DNA of 50,875 bases from an uncultured Methanosarcinales archaeon (GTDB lineage: Archaea > Nanobdellota > Nanobdellia > Woesearchaeales > DSVV01). Positions 29,507-40,281 of the stretch are shown here, one piece after another (within the stretch, counting starts at the first letter, position 1; every line of letters starts with the position of its first letter). A model generated the notes under the pieces. The model saw nothing but the letters and a program-made list of their open reading frames with translations, ran no database searches and was not told the origin of the DNA. The stretch lies in the NCBI GenBank assembly GCA_964593285.1, contig CAZQHZ010000001.1:66124-116998 (forward strand). Direction: 5' to 3'. The position numbers and the translations under genes are program-made.

Positions 29507-31120
29507 ATGGTTAAAAAAACAATCATCAAAAAACTTGCATTAAAAAGTTTAAGTTTACTAATCTTAATTCTTTTTTTGAATTTAAATTTTCTATATGCAA
29601 ATGAGGGTTTTTTTAATGAGTATGATTATTGTGTTCAAGATGAGGGTGCTTTATCATGTGATAATAAGCACACTTATCCTTCGGATAATATTGAATATAA
29701 AACTTTAAATGATAACTATATAGTTTATTCAAAAGATTATACACCTACAAATTTATATCAATATTATGCTATGAAAGGTGAAAATTTACCTGATAGGGAT
29801 ACAAAAAGAGCTGAACTTTATTCTGAATTAGAAGTTTCAGATGGTGATGATGAAGAATATACAGGAACTTCAGAACAAAACAAAAAACTTTTAGAAAAAC
29901 TGCTAGAAAAAGATAGTACAGAAACGGGTGGTAAAAATTCAAAAGCAGATGATGTTTCTTCTCGTGCTCCAGATCATACTAAAACAACAACATTTAAACA
30001 TGGAGAAAAAGAAGTAGAATTAGTTTATGATGGTGTTGGGAATGTTGGATTTAGGGGTTCAGAAATTGCTATGGAGTTGGATACAGGTGAAAATCCTTCA
30101 TTTCTAAACCAATTGGGTAATTATTGGTCAGAACGAGGGGATGATTTTGATCCCATATTAAATGTAAAAGATGGTAACATGAGAATTTCTGGTGAAAATA
30201 TAAATACAAAAAATTTTAATGGTAAAATAGAATATAAAGGTAATGGTGGGCATCGTGTTTATGATGCTGATGATGAATATGTTGGTGAATTTCAAGTTGG
30301 TATTGCTGGAAAAAATGAATTCGTACCAGATAGAAATTATAAAGATTCAGAAGGAAATTTATTATCTCTTGAAGAGATTGAAGAAATTGAAGGAGAAATA
30401 AAAAAGGTTAATGAAAATTTAGAACCAATTAAAGAAATGAATGATAAAGCAGGTTTTCTTGCTGATGATAGAGCAAAAGCTGAATATAAAAATAAAATGG
30501 CATCAAATTTTTTAGGCAGATTAAAAAATGCAATGAATACTCATTTTGACAACTGGCTTGGTCAATATACTTATGGTATCCCAGCAGCTATTTGCGGAGA
30601 TAGTTTATATGCAGATACAACAAAATCAAAAAGTAAAGCTGGTGGATTAATCCCTGGAGCTTTTGATTTTGAACCAGAAAAAAGAACACAGTTTAAATCT
30701 GAAATGGAAAGGCAAATACTAGAAGATATGAGAACAGTTGTTATAACTGGTGAAAAAAATGAATTAACTGAAAATTTATACAGGTATGCTGTGTCATTAA
30801 AATTAATTGGAGATAAAAGTGAAGATTGGAAATTATATTTATATAATTCATGTACTAATGAAAATTCAATGCAAAAATCAATAGAAACAGAAGGCTCTTT
30901 AGGGTGGTATCAACAAGGTTCTCTAGAAAAAAGATCTTATGTTGAAACAGTATTTGCAGGTAGCATGGGGCATAATATGGTTTTTGATTGTAGTAAAGGT
31001 GATTTTTGTAGATTTGATAAAGTTTGTATTGATTTTACAAATTCAAAAAATGAATGTTTTAGTTTGGCTAATGGAGATGGTTTTATAACTGAAGGAAAAA
31101 CAGGTTCAACTAGTTGCTAA
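29507..31120 (+). CDS. Secreted protein with DUF3597-like motif and Cys-rich C-terminus
   Basis: Signal peptide; LYQYY..KG..LP....RA.LY....YTGTSEQN..LL..L motif. Confidence 0.65.
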   Translation: MVKKTIIKKLALKSLSLLILILFLNLNFLYANEGFFNEYDYCVQDEGALSCDNKHTYPSDNIEYKTLNDNYIVYSKDYTPTNLYQYYAMKGENLPDRDTKRAELYSELEVSDGDDEEYTGTSEQNKKLLEKLLEKDSTETGGKNSKADDVSSRAPDHTKTTTFKHGEKEVELVYDGVGNVGFRGSEIAMELDTGENPSFLNQLGNYWSERGDDFDPILNVKDGNMRISGENINTKNFNGKIEYKGNGGHRVYDADDEYVGEFQVGIAGKNEFVPDRNYKDSEGNLLSLEEIEEIEGEIKKVNENLEPIKEMNDKAGFLADDRAKAEYKNKMASNFLGRLKNAMNTHFDNWLGQYTYGIPAAICGDSLYADTTKSKSKAGGLIPGAFDFEPEKRTQFKSEMERQILEDMRTVVITGEKNELTENLYRYAVSLKLIGDKSEDWKLYLYNSCTNENSMQKSIETEGSLGWYQQGSLEKRSYVETVFAGSMGHNMVFDCSKGDFCRFDKVCIDFTNSKNECFSLANGDGFITEGKTGSTSC

Positions 31121-31168
31121 AATTTATAAATATTAATTTTTTTTAATATAAAAAAAGGGGTTTTATGT

Positions 31169-32047
31169 ATGGTAAAAAAGAGGTTAAATAAATTTCAATT
31201 ATACTTTAATAATCATTTAAAATATTTTAATAATAGTTTAAAATTAAAAAAAAATTTTTTTAAAGCAGTTTTTTTTGATTTTTTATTCTATTTATCATTT
31301 TTTTTACTATTATTTGTATTTGTTCAATTAATTTTAGTTCCAAATGTTAACTTAGTTTCTGATGCAGAAGTATTGATGAGTAAATTACTTGAAAATCCAG
31401 ATGAAGTAGATAAAGAAAGAATGGATGAAATACTAAAAGATATACAGTTTTTTAAAATTTTATTATTTATAATTATAATAAGTTTTATAATCGTATTTTT
31501 TTTAACAAAAAGCTTAAAATGGTTTTCACTTACAAACAAAAGAAATTATAAAAAAAATTATTTTAAGTATTTTTTATATTACATTTTACTTAGTTTGATT
31601 TTATTATTTTTATTCATGTTATTATTTTTTATATTAGGAATTTTAATAATTGGAATATCTTTTTTTATGTATTTGTTTTTCAATTTTGAAATTTATTTAG
31701 AATCTTTAGCAAGTTTAATTTCATTAATAACAATAATTGTCTATTTTTATTTTGCATTCATTTTTAGATTATATTTAGATAAAAAAAATTTTTTGTCAAA
31801 TGTAAAAAAGGCTTTCATTATTTCATTTAAAAAAATGCATTATTTTATACCTATATATTTATTATTTTTAATTATATTATTTATATTAATGATTATTTTT
31901 AATATAATATCTATTTCAATATTGGGATTGCATCATTATATTAGAATACCACTTTTGTTGTTTATTATTTTATTTTTTTTATTTATTATAACATATTTTA
32001 AAAATTATTTTAATCAAATTGTTTTAGATTATAAAAATGAGAAGTAA
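31169..32047 (+). CDS. Polytopic membrane protein (about 6 TM)
   Basis: F/I/L-rich helices with basic loops; overlaps the next gene. Confidence 0.75.
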   Translation: MVKKRLNKFQLYFNNHLKYFNNSLKLKKNFFKAVFFDFLFYLSFFLLLFVFVQLILVPNVNLVSDAEVLMSKLLENPDEVDKERMDEILKDIQFFKILLFIIIISFIIVFFLTKSLKWFSLTNKRNYKKNYFKYFLYYILLSLILLFLFMLLFFILGILIIGISFFMYLFFNFEIYLESLASLISLITIIVYFYFAFIFRLYLDKKNFLSNVKKAFIISFKKMHYFIPIYLLFLIILFILMIIFNIISISILGLHHYIRIPLLLFIILFFLFIITYFKNYFNQIVLDYKNEK

Positions 32048-33980
32048 AAAAAGTCAAATTTCAATTTTTATTATATTTGGGATAATTATTATTTCATTTA
32101 TTGTATTATTTTTGTATTTTAATGATCAATTACCAGGTGTTAGTAAAACTCAAAGTGTTTCAAATATAGTTGTTTATACTGAAGCTTGCTATGAGGATAT
32201 TGCAGCTAGAGGTATATTTTTACAAAAAATGCAAGGTGGATATATAAATATTCCAGAAAGGCTTATTAATAGAAATGCTTATGTTGAAATAGGTGGATTT
32301 AAGGTGCCTAATTGGTATTATGATGGGTCAAATTATAAGCCATCAATAGTGCAAATGGAAACAGAACTTGCAAATTATATAGATGATAATTTATTTGGAT
32401 GTTTGAATTTTTATAAACCATTTTTAAATAGATTTGATATAGTTTTTGATGAATTGCCAAAAACAACTGTTAAAATAACAGATTCAAAGGTTTCAATTGA
32501 TAGTTTTTTTCCAATAAAAATTGAAACTAAAGGAAGCGATGAAATACAATATATTGAAGAATATAAAACCCATTTAAATTCTAATTTAGGTGAATTATAT
32601 TTTCTTGCATCCGATCTTAATGATTATGAAAATACTGAATTCTTTTTAGAATTTTATACTGATGAAATGATTGCAGCATCAGATTATTTACCATATAGTG
32701 GCTTAGAATTAAGCTGTAAACCAAATTATCTTTATGAAAGTGAAATGAAAGAATATACTCAAAAATTAATTATGCATAATTTAAAATATTTACAATTTTT
32801 AAATACAAATTATCAAGAATCAGGGATGCTTTATTATGATAAAATATACAAAGTTGATTTTACAAATAATAAATATAATGATTATAAAGTGAATGTTTTA
32901 TATAATCCTAATTGGGAGATGGATTTTAAAGCTCTTCCATCAAAAAATGGTGTAGTAAAACCTCATGAATTTAAAGCATTAAATATTTTTAGTGTTTGCA
33001 TGCAAGTTTATAATGTTCGATATAATACAAATTATCCTGTTGTTTTTCAATTATTTGGGGATAATCAAATTGATGACTTTTTCTATTTTTCAACACCTGT
33101 ATTAATGAAGCAAAATCAACCTAATAGAAATTTTGAAGTTGAGCCATGGGATATTGATTCGATGGAAACTAATTTAGATGACCCATATTGCGATATAACA
33201 CAAGAAGTTACTAATTATTATCTTGATTCAAATAATTTAATGCATGCAAATCCACGTGTTGTAAATAAACGGGAAAATACATTAAAGGTTTATGGTGTTG
33301 ATTGGTATCATGGTTATCCAAGAGGGGTTTTAGATAATGTATCAATAAATTATCAATGTGTTGAGTCTAGATGCCATATTGGTAATACATCTCATGTTTT
33401 AGTTGATAATATAATTATGCAAAATTCTTTGCCTCACGTTGATACATTTTTTCCAGATTGTGAAAATGGAATTGTTATTGCAGAAAAAGAAGGATATCAC
33501 CCTGCATTTGTTTATCAAACAGTAAATTCAAATACCAATGGAGAACAAGTTACTGTTGAAATGTATCAATTAAAAGAATTTGATTTTAATTTAAAAGTAT
33601 TTGAAGAATCTTTTAATTTAATTGATGATAGAAAATTAAAAGATGATGAAAATGCAATTATTACTATTTCAAATAACGAATTAAAATTTGAACAAATTTT
33701 ATATTTTCCAAAAAATGGAACAAAGTTTAATGATTTAGAGTTATTAATTGGGGATATTGAATATGAATTAGAAATTATTTTAACAAAAGGAAATTATTTA
33801 GTTGGTGGAGCAAATTTAAATTGGACACCAGATGTTAATGATTTATTACTTTATGACAATGTAATGTTTAATGTATATAGAAAATTACCAGATACTGTAA
33901 CTTATTCACCAGAAGATTTATTTAAATTATATGAATCTTCAATTGAATCATCAATTAATTATCCACCGAGGTTTTATTAA
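32037..33980 (+). CDS. Large pilin-like protein with class III signal peptide (paralog B)
   Basis: MRSKKS/QISIFIIFGIII; shares C..QGGYI, YPV.F.L, C.IG.T and FP.C..G.....K.GY blocks with paralog A. Confidence 0.75.
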   Translation: MRSKKSQISIFIIFGIIIISFIVLFLYFNDQLPGVSKTQSVSNIVVYTEACYEDIAARGIFLQKMQGGYINIPERLINRNAYVEIGGFKVPNWYYDGSNYKPSIVQMETELANYIDDNLFGCLNFYKPFLNRFDIVFDELPKTTVKITDSKVSIDSFFPIKIETKGSDEIQYIEEYKTHLNSNLGELYFLASDLNDYENTEFFLEFYTDEMIAASDYLPYSGLELSCKPNYLYESEMKEYTQKLIMHNLKYLQFLNTNYQESGMLYYDKIYKVDFTNNKYNDYKVNVLYNPNWEMDFKALPSKNGVVKPHEFKALNIFSVCMQVYNVRYNTNYPVVFQLFGDNQIDDFFYFSTPVLMKQNQPNRNFEVEPWDIDSMETNLDDPYCDITQEVTNYYLDSNNLMHANPRVVNKRENTLKVYGVDWYHGYPRGVLDNVSINYQCVESRCHIGNTSHVLVDNIIMQNSLPHVDTFFPDCENGIVIAEKEGYHPAFVYQTVNSNTNGEQVTVEMYQLKEFDFNLKVFEESFNLIDDRKLKDDENAIITISNNELKFEQILYFPKNGTKFNDLELLIGDIEYELEIILTKGNYLVGGANLNWTPDVNDLLLYDNVMFNVYRKLPDTVTYSPEDLFKLYESSIESSINYPPRFY

Positions 33981-36900
33981 TGAATAACAAGAAAATAAAC
34001 AAAAAAATTAGCAATAAGCAATTTTTGCTAAAAATAATTAGTTTATTTTTAATTTTCTTAATATCTTTTATGCCGTTTACCTTTGCTTTAACGATTAATT
34101 CAGACTCTATTAATGCAGTTGATGTAACTTCAGATAGTGCCAAAATTATGTGGTCTACAGATATTGAAAGCTCTGGTTTTTTAGAATATGGCATTAGTAC
34201 AAATAATTTAATTACAAAACCTTCGCTAGATGGTAGCAGTACAAATCATCATGTAAATTTAGAGTCATTAAATTCTGGAACAAAATATTATTATAAAGTT
34301 AAAGCAGAGGCACCAGATAACAATCCATCAGAAATTGGTTTTTTTGATTTTACAACATTGTTAAATGCACCAGAAAATTTAGATTATGAAAAAATTGAAG
34401 CAAATAAATTTAAAATTACATGGAATAGTATTAATAAAGCTAATTTTTATGAAGTTTATTTAGATGGAAATTTTTATGAAAAAATTAGTTCAAATGAAAT
34501 AATTTTAGATAATTTAGAATATGATAAAAATTATAAAATAAAAGTTTTAGCTATAGATGAATCTGATAGAAAATCTTCTTTTTCAAATGAATTATCTTTT
34601 AAAACAGATTTAATACCTGTTGAAATTAGTTTTCTTCAAGCAACTGAAATTTCAAATACTAGTGCATTGATTAGATGGGAAACAACTAGAGAAGTTGAAA
34701 GTAATTTAAACTACAGCCAAGATATGAGTTTTAACAGGGATGTTAATGAACAAGCAAAAAAAACCGAGCATTCAATTTTGCTTGAAAATTTAAAGCCAGA
34801 TACAAGATACAATTATAAAGTTCATGCTGATGGGATATATTCTGAAAATAAATTTTTTAAAACCGATAAGAATATTGACGGCGAAAATGTTATAATTTCT
34901 AATATAAAAATAGAAATTATTTCAAAAAGTAATGCAAAAATTAGCTGGAATACAAATATTAATGCAAATTCAAGAGTTAGTTATGGATTAACGCATAATT
35001 TAGATAGTGATGTTTATGGTGATAATTTATTAAAAAATCATGAATTAATCTTAAATGATTTAGATGAAAACACAAAATATTATTTTAAAGTAATTTCAAA
35101 TAATAAAGAATCAAATTATTTTTCATTTACTACAGATGAAGGAGCAGTAATAGAACCAGAAAATGAACCTTCTGATGATACAAATGGCGATAATGGCGAA
35201 AAATTTTTAACATTAAATTCTTTTGAGGAAGTAACTAACAATATAAATTTTAATGTTTCTGGAAAGTCACTTATTGGCTCAAAAATATATATTTTTGTAA
35301 ATGACTTAGATGAGCCACAAATACAAAAAGTTTTAGAAAAAACAAATTTTAATTATGAAGTTAAATTAAATTCTGCAGTTACAAATAATGGGGTTAGAGG
35401 TAGAAATTTAATTAAAGTTGTTTCATGGGATAATGAAAATAATAAAAATGAAGAAACAATTTATGTTACATTAGATATTGTTCCACCAAAATTACAAATA
35501 AATGATTTGCCAAAACTTACAAATAAAAATTCTATAGATATTATTGGCACTGGTGAAATTGGTGCATCAGTTGATTTTTATTTGGATAATGTCTCCCAGC
35601 ATGGAATTAATGAATTAACTAAAGAAAATTTTAATCATTCATTTAATCTTGGAAGAACTGGAGAATTTAAAATAAAAGTTGTTGCAACTGATGGTGCTAG
35701 TAATGAAAATACTTTTAAACACACAATTACTGTTGATAGAGAAGCTCCTGAAATTGAATTTGAAAATGAATTTACAGAAACTCATTTTAGTATTTATCGA
35801 ATTGTTGGAAAAACTAAACCAAATTCTAAAGTTACTGTTATAAATTTAGCAGAATATAGTAGTTGTGATAGTGTTTCAGTTGAACTTGGTTTTACAAATT
35901 GTGAAGATTATTTAAATTCAGATAAAATTTCAATGCAGGTAAGCCCATTAGCTGCAGCTCTTGGTGTTTCTCAATCAACAAAATCCGATAAAAATGGTGA
36001 TTTTGAAGTTGCAATTCCTCTTTTAATGACAGATACAGAAACAAGTGATGTTACAGGAAGTATTAATAATTTACATATTGTTGTTAAAGATGAAGCTGGA
36101 AATTCTAGGGATTATTTAAAAAGATTAGAATATAAACCAGGGTGCTATGAATTTAAGGTAGGTAATGTTGAAACATATCCTTTTAATATTTATGTTGATG
36201 ATATGAGATCTGGTGAAATTCAAGCAAGTGCCATGTTTCCAATAGAATATGTTGGTGGTGGGAAAGCTCCTGTTATAAATTCTGTTACAATGTTTAAAGA
36301 TAAAGCAGAAATTGGTAGTGGTGTTGTTGGAAATATTAAAGATTTAAAAAGTAGTAATGAATTAATTAGAATAGGAAATCCAAAAGCTACAAATTATGAT
36401 TCATCATCTAATTCATTATTTGTATATGCACCAATTAATATTAATAAATACACTGGTGATATAGATGAATTACCAGATAATTTAGTTGCAGCACTTGGAA
36501 TTAATATAGTTTATGACATTCCAGGACAGGGCGCTGGTGAGTGTGAATTATATCCTTTAATTTCTTTTGATATTCAAAAACCAATTGACCATTCAAAATG
36601 GTTATCTCCAAAAATGATTAATAAGACAATAAAAGCCTTGGATGATATTATTGAATTTACAGAAGATTTCAGAGATGTTGCAAAACAAGCATCAACTTAT
36701 GGTTTACTTGCATGTGGTGCTTTGATTGCATGGAATTATATTAGTAGTTTTACAAAAGATAAATCTCAATCAGTTGAGGGTGGTTGTAGTCAGCAAGAGC
36801 GAGATATGGAAAAAGTTTATAAAATGTGCGATAGGGTTTTATGTCCTGTAGCACCCCCAAAATGTGAGGATTTTTCTCCATTTGGACAATTCACCGCAAT

Positions 36901-39754
36901 ACATAATGGTGAAGAAGAAATTTTAGAAGAAAAAGAATATCAAGATCAATTAAAAACAAATAATAAATGGCGTGAAAAATATAATGAATATGTAGATGAT
37001 TCACGAAATAAGGGACAAACAGTAAAACCTTTTGATGATTGGATAAAAGAAAAAAATATTGATGGTGAAGGTGCTTATAAAACAATTATTCCACCGGATT
37101 TTGAAGTAAATCTTCCATCAGATGATAAAACAGAAATTACAAATGTAAATTTACAGTTTATTGCAGTTGATAGAAATGGCAGACCAAAAGATAGTTTACC
37201 TCACGAATCACATGTTGATAGCGATGGTAGTGAATATAATTTTTATATAGATTTAGATAGGGCATTTGATGATGCACTTAGGCGCTGTCCACGAGGGCAG
37301 GAATCAACATTAATAATTTCTAGAAAAGATAGGGTTTCAAGAAATGAACCTGGAATTTTTGATAGTTCATATATTGAAGAAGTTAGGGCATCAAAATGTG
37401 TTGGAAATTCTCTTGATGAAACGTTGCATGATAGTGAATATGCAGAAGATGGTAAGCCTAAATCTAGTAATATTCCAGGATGCTATAATGCAGAATGTCC
37501 CCAATTTGATAATTCAAAATGTCCAAAAGGTTTTGGTTTATTTGGTGGAGAGCAAGGATACGATAATATTAATCCTGCAGGAGGACTTTGGTCTTCGCTT
37601 CAATGTGTATGTTTTCCAGCACTATGGAAACATTTAGAAAATTATTTAAAAATATTAACTGGCGCAAAAAAATGTTTAGAGCAAGCATTAATTGGTGAAA
37701 CTACTGCAGGTTTTTGTGAAAGACTACTTGCACAATTTGTATGCGATTTATTAGTTGAAGCTTTAAAATATTTTATGAAAGCTCTTGAAACAAAAAGTAC
37801 TCGTGGTGTTAGTGAACGTGGACTTATTGATAATTACAAAGATAATTCTGCACAAATACAAGAAGGATTATCTGATAGATATTCTGGTGTTGTAGATGAA
37901 AGAATGGGTTTGTCAACTGATCAGTTGATTCATAAAGCGTGCGTTGCAGGAATAACTCAAGATTGGAGTATGATTGAAGGAGTTTTTGATAACTATGTGG
38001 AACATTTTGATGTTGAACCTATCGTAAATATTGATGCAGAATCAAGACCTTATGGATACGATCCTTTTACTGGTGAGATGTCTATTGGATATAATATTTA
38101 TTTAGGTGTAGTTCCAGGTGGAGATACAAAATTAGAATTATTTTTAGAATGCGACCCTGATTTTGAAGGTGGTGAATATTGTGCACCAGATGTTGCAAAT
38201 GAGCAAATAACTACACGGCAATTAACTTTTAATAGTCCTGCATTAAATGAAAATTTACTGCATATTGATAACTCTGCTTTATTTTGGTATAATAAAGTTT
38301 CAGTAAGATTAAGTTATAGTGTTGGTGGTGAACAAAAAACTAATACAATAACTAAAAAAATCTGGAAAAAAGGAGATTTAGCATTTAATTGTCATTTTTC
38401 ATTAACTGATGGAATACAATGTCCAACAAATGTTAATTTTAACAATCGAAAAGGCGTTGTTGAATTAAAGCCGTTTGGCGGTGGAACAACACTTATGCCA
38501 AGTAAAACTTATATTTATCATAAAGATAATTTGATTTTTGTGTTTGCTGAAATTAGAAATCAGTTTGATGAAGATTTTTATATACATATAAACGCAAATA
38601 ATGATGAATTTCAGTATCAAATCCCAGCATCAGAAAATGTTCATGCATCAAAAGACTTTGGAGGTAATAGATTATTACTATTAGTTGATAAAATAGGAAA
38701 TCAAGGTTTACAATTAACAGAAGATGAAGAATCTCAGGTTAAAACAATTAATGATGGTATAAATTTTCAATTTGATGAGCAAAAATTTAGAGTAAGTAAT
38801 GTTGAAAGTGGCGCAATTAAATTTTTTTGTGATGGTAGTAATCAAAATATAGAAATTGAAGAGTCAAACAAAAATGATGAAATAGAAGTTGAAAAGTGTA
38901 ATGAAAAAAAAATTACTAAAATTGAAGCTTGGAATATTAAACCTACAGATAAGGATAAAAAAGCAAATATTAATTTTTTTATAGAGGGTGATAAAACAAT
39001 ACCAATTAAAATATATGAGCCAGAAACTGATGAAGAGACAAGGGCTGGTTCATCTGAGTCTAGACGGATGGAAATTGATGTTTTAAGTGATTCAGGTAGC
39101 GGTGGTGGTGATACTCCTATTTTATATGATACAGGTAAATCTCAAAAAACAAATACTGAATATAGGGTATTTACAGGTAGTGCTGATAAGAATTTAAATC
39201 AAAAACCAGTTGTTCAAATAATTCAACCAACCGGTACTCATTTTCCAAAAGAGGGTGTTTTCCCACTTGGTTTTATTGCAATAGACGATAATAATGATAT
39301 TGAAACTATTAAAATTAAGGTAACTGGCACTGGGCAAAATAATAAAGATATAGTTTGTACTTTTGAGATAATTAATAGTGATGAAATTCAACAAAAACAA
39401 TGTTCTGATTTTACTGTAGAATTTAGTGGAAGAAGTACTAATTTAGATAATTATTATGAATTGTATTTAAGTTTAGAAGAGCGAGATTTAAAATATTTAG
39501 ACGAGGATGCAATGTATCAAGTTAGAATTACTGCAATTGAAAAAGAAAATGAAGGAGATGATAAATTAACATCAGATCCTGAAACAAAAACTTTTAGAAT
39601 TTATCAAGATGATGAAATTAAAAAAGAGGATTTTTTAATTTATTTAGGCTACCCTGATGCTAATTGCTTTAAATGTACACAACAAAGAAATGCACCAGCA
39701 CATATTGAAGAGCAAGAAGATACAAGATTACCAACAACAAGAGTTAGAAATTAA
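33980..39754 (+). CDS. Giant secreted FN3/Ig-repeat protein with Cys-rich helical core (1924 aa)
   Basis: Signal peptide; four FN3-like repeats (SAKIMWST..YG..H.V.L..L...TKYYYKV); Ig-like repeats; Cys core shared with 26198..29422; TAATG coupling to the upstream gene. Confidence 0.8.
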   Translation: MNNKKINKKISNKQFLLKIISLFLIFLISFMPFTFALTINSDSINAVDVTSDSAKIMWSTDIESSGFLEYGISTNNLITKPSLDGSSTNHHVNLESLNSGTKYYYKVKAEAPDNNPSEIGFFDFTTLLNAPENLDYEKIEANKFKITWNSINKANFYEVYLDGNFYEKISSNEIILDNLEYDKNYKIKVLAIDESDRKSSFSNELSFKTDLIPVEISFLQATEISNTSALIRWETTREVESNLNYSQDMSFNRDVNEQAKKTEHSILLENLKPDTRYNYKVHADGIYSENKFFKTDKNIDGENVIISNIKIEIISKSNAKISWNTNINANSRVSYGLTHNLDSDVYGDNLLKNHELILNDLDENTKYYFKVISNNKESNYFSFTTDEGAVIEPENEPSDDTNGDNGEKFLTLNSFEEVTNNINFNVSGKSLIGSKIYIFVNDLDEPQIQKVLEKTNFNYEVKLNSAVTNNGVRGRNLIKVVSWDNENNKNEETIYVTLDIVPPKLQINDLPKLTNKNSIDIIGTGEIGASVDFYLDNVSQHGINELTKENFNHSFNLGRTGEFKIKVVATDGASNENTFKHTITVDREAPEIEFENEFTETHFSIYRIVGKTKPNSKVTVINLAEYSSCDSVSVELGFTNCEDYLNSDKISMQVSPLAAALGVSQSTKSDKNGDFEVAIPLLMTDTETSDVTGSINNLHIVVKDEAGNSRDYLKRLEYKPGCYEFKVGNVETYPFNIYVDDMRSGEIQASAMFPIEYVGGGKAPVINSVTMFKDKAEIGSGVVGNIKDLKSSNELIRIGNPKATNYDSSSNSLFVYAPININKYTGDIDELPDNLVAALGINIVYDIPGQGAGECELYPLISFDIQKPIDHSKWLSPKMINKTIKALDDIIEFTEDFRDVAKQASTYGLLACGALIAWNYISSFTKDKSQSVEGGCSQQERDMEKVYKMCDRVLCPVAPPKCEDFSPFGQFTAIHNGEEEILEEKEYQDQLKTNNKWREKYNEYVDDSRNKGQTVKPFDDWIKEKNIDGEGAYKTIIPPDFEVNLPSDDKTEITNVNLQFIAVDRNGRPKDSLPHESHVDSDGSEYNFYIDLDRAFDDALRRCPRGQESTLIISRKDRVSRNEPGIFDSSYIEEVRASKCVGNSLDETLHDSEYAEDGKPKSSNIPGCYNAECPQFDNSKCPKGFGLFGGEQGYDNINPAGGLWSSLQCVCFPALWKHLENYLKILTGAKKCLEQALIGETTAGFCERLLAQFVCDLLVEALKYFMKALETKSTRGVSERGLIDNYKDNSAQIQEGLSDRYSGVVDERMGLSTDQLIHKACVAGITQDWSMIEGVFDNYVEHFDVEPIVNIDAESRPYGYDPFTGEMSIGYNIYLGVVPGGDTKLELFLECDPDFEGGEYCAPDVANEQITTRQLTFNSPALNENLLHIDNSALFWYNKVSVRLSYSVGGEQKTNTITKKIWKKGDLAFNCHFSLTDGIQCPTNVNFNNRKGVVELKPFGGGTTLMPSKTYIYHKDNLIFVFAEIRNQFDEDFYIHINANNDEFQYQIPASENVHASKDFGGNRLLLLVDKIGNQGLQLTEDEESQVKTINDGINFQFDEQKFRVSNVESGAIKFFCDGSNQNIEIEESNKNDEIEVEKCNEKKITKIEAWNIKPTDKDKKANINFFIEGDKTIPIKIYEPETDEETRAGSSESRRMEIDVLSDSGSGGGDTPILYDTGKSQKTNTEYRVFTGSADKNLNQKPVVQIIQPTGTHFPKEGVFPLGFIAIDDNNDIETIKIKVTGTGQNNKDIVCTFEIINSDEIQQKQCSDFTVEFSGRSTNLDNYYELYLSLEERDLKYLDEDAMYQVRITAIEKENEGDDKLTSDPETKTFRIYQDDEIKKEDFLIYLGYPDANCFKCTQQRNAPAHIEEQEDTRLPTTRVRN

Positions 39755-40158
39755 AAATTAGTTATTTTTCTCATTAATTTTGTAAAATCTGGGTAGTGAA
39801 CCATTTTTTCATTTATTATTTGATTTTTTGAATCTTTTTTAAGTGCAATATAAAAATTTGTTGGATCAACTTCAGAATCTATCAATAAAAATTCATAATC
39901 TTTAAAATCAAAGTTAGCAGTATATTTTTCTTGAAAGTTATGTTTATTTCCATTTATCAAACAATAGTTACCATTTTTAACATAACTGCTTTTTTTATTT
40001 CCCATAATTTTTGTTTGATAAACATTTTGCCCATCATCAATTTCATAGGGTATTTTAACAATATCATCAATATATGTTGATTGAACTTTATGGTCGTGAT
40101 TTACAAAATCAGGGTTACATGCAATAATTCTTACACCTTTTACTTTATTGTATGTCAT
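39751..40158 (-). CDS. Hypothetical protein
   Basis: 135-aa ORF convergent with the giant gene; no motif recognised. Confidence 0.55.
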   Translation of the reverse strand: MTYNKVKGVRIIACNPDFVNHDHKVQSTYIDDIVKIPYEIDDGQNVYQTKIMGNKKSSYVKNGNYCLINGNKHNFQEKYTANFDFKDYEFLLIDSEVDPTNFYIALKKDSKNQIINEKMVHYPDFTKLMRKITNF

Positions 40159-40281
40159 TTTAATAAATAATTTGATAGTCCCAACTCATATTTAAATGTT
40201 ACCATTAAGTAGTTATATTAAACCATTTTATATTAATCATAAAAAATAATAATCTTGCAAAAATGTATTCAAATCAAATAA

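Noticed and set aside
23996..39754. Provirus or conjugative element
   Set aside because: No capsid, terminase, integrase, VirB4 or relaxase motifs, and no flanking repeats noticed.
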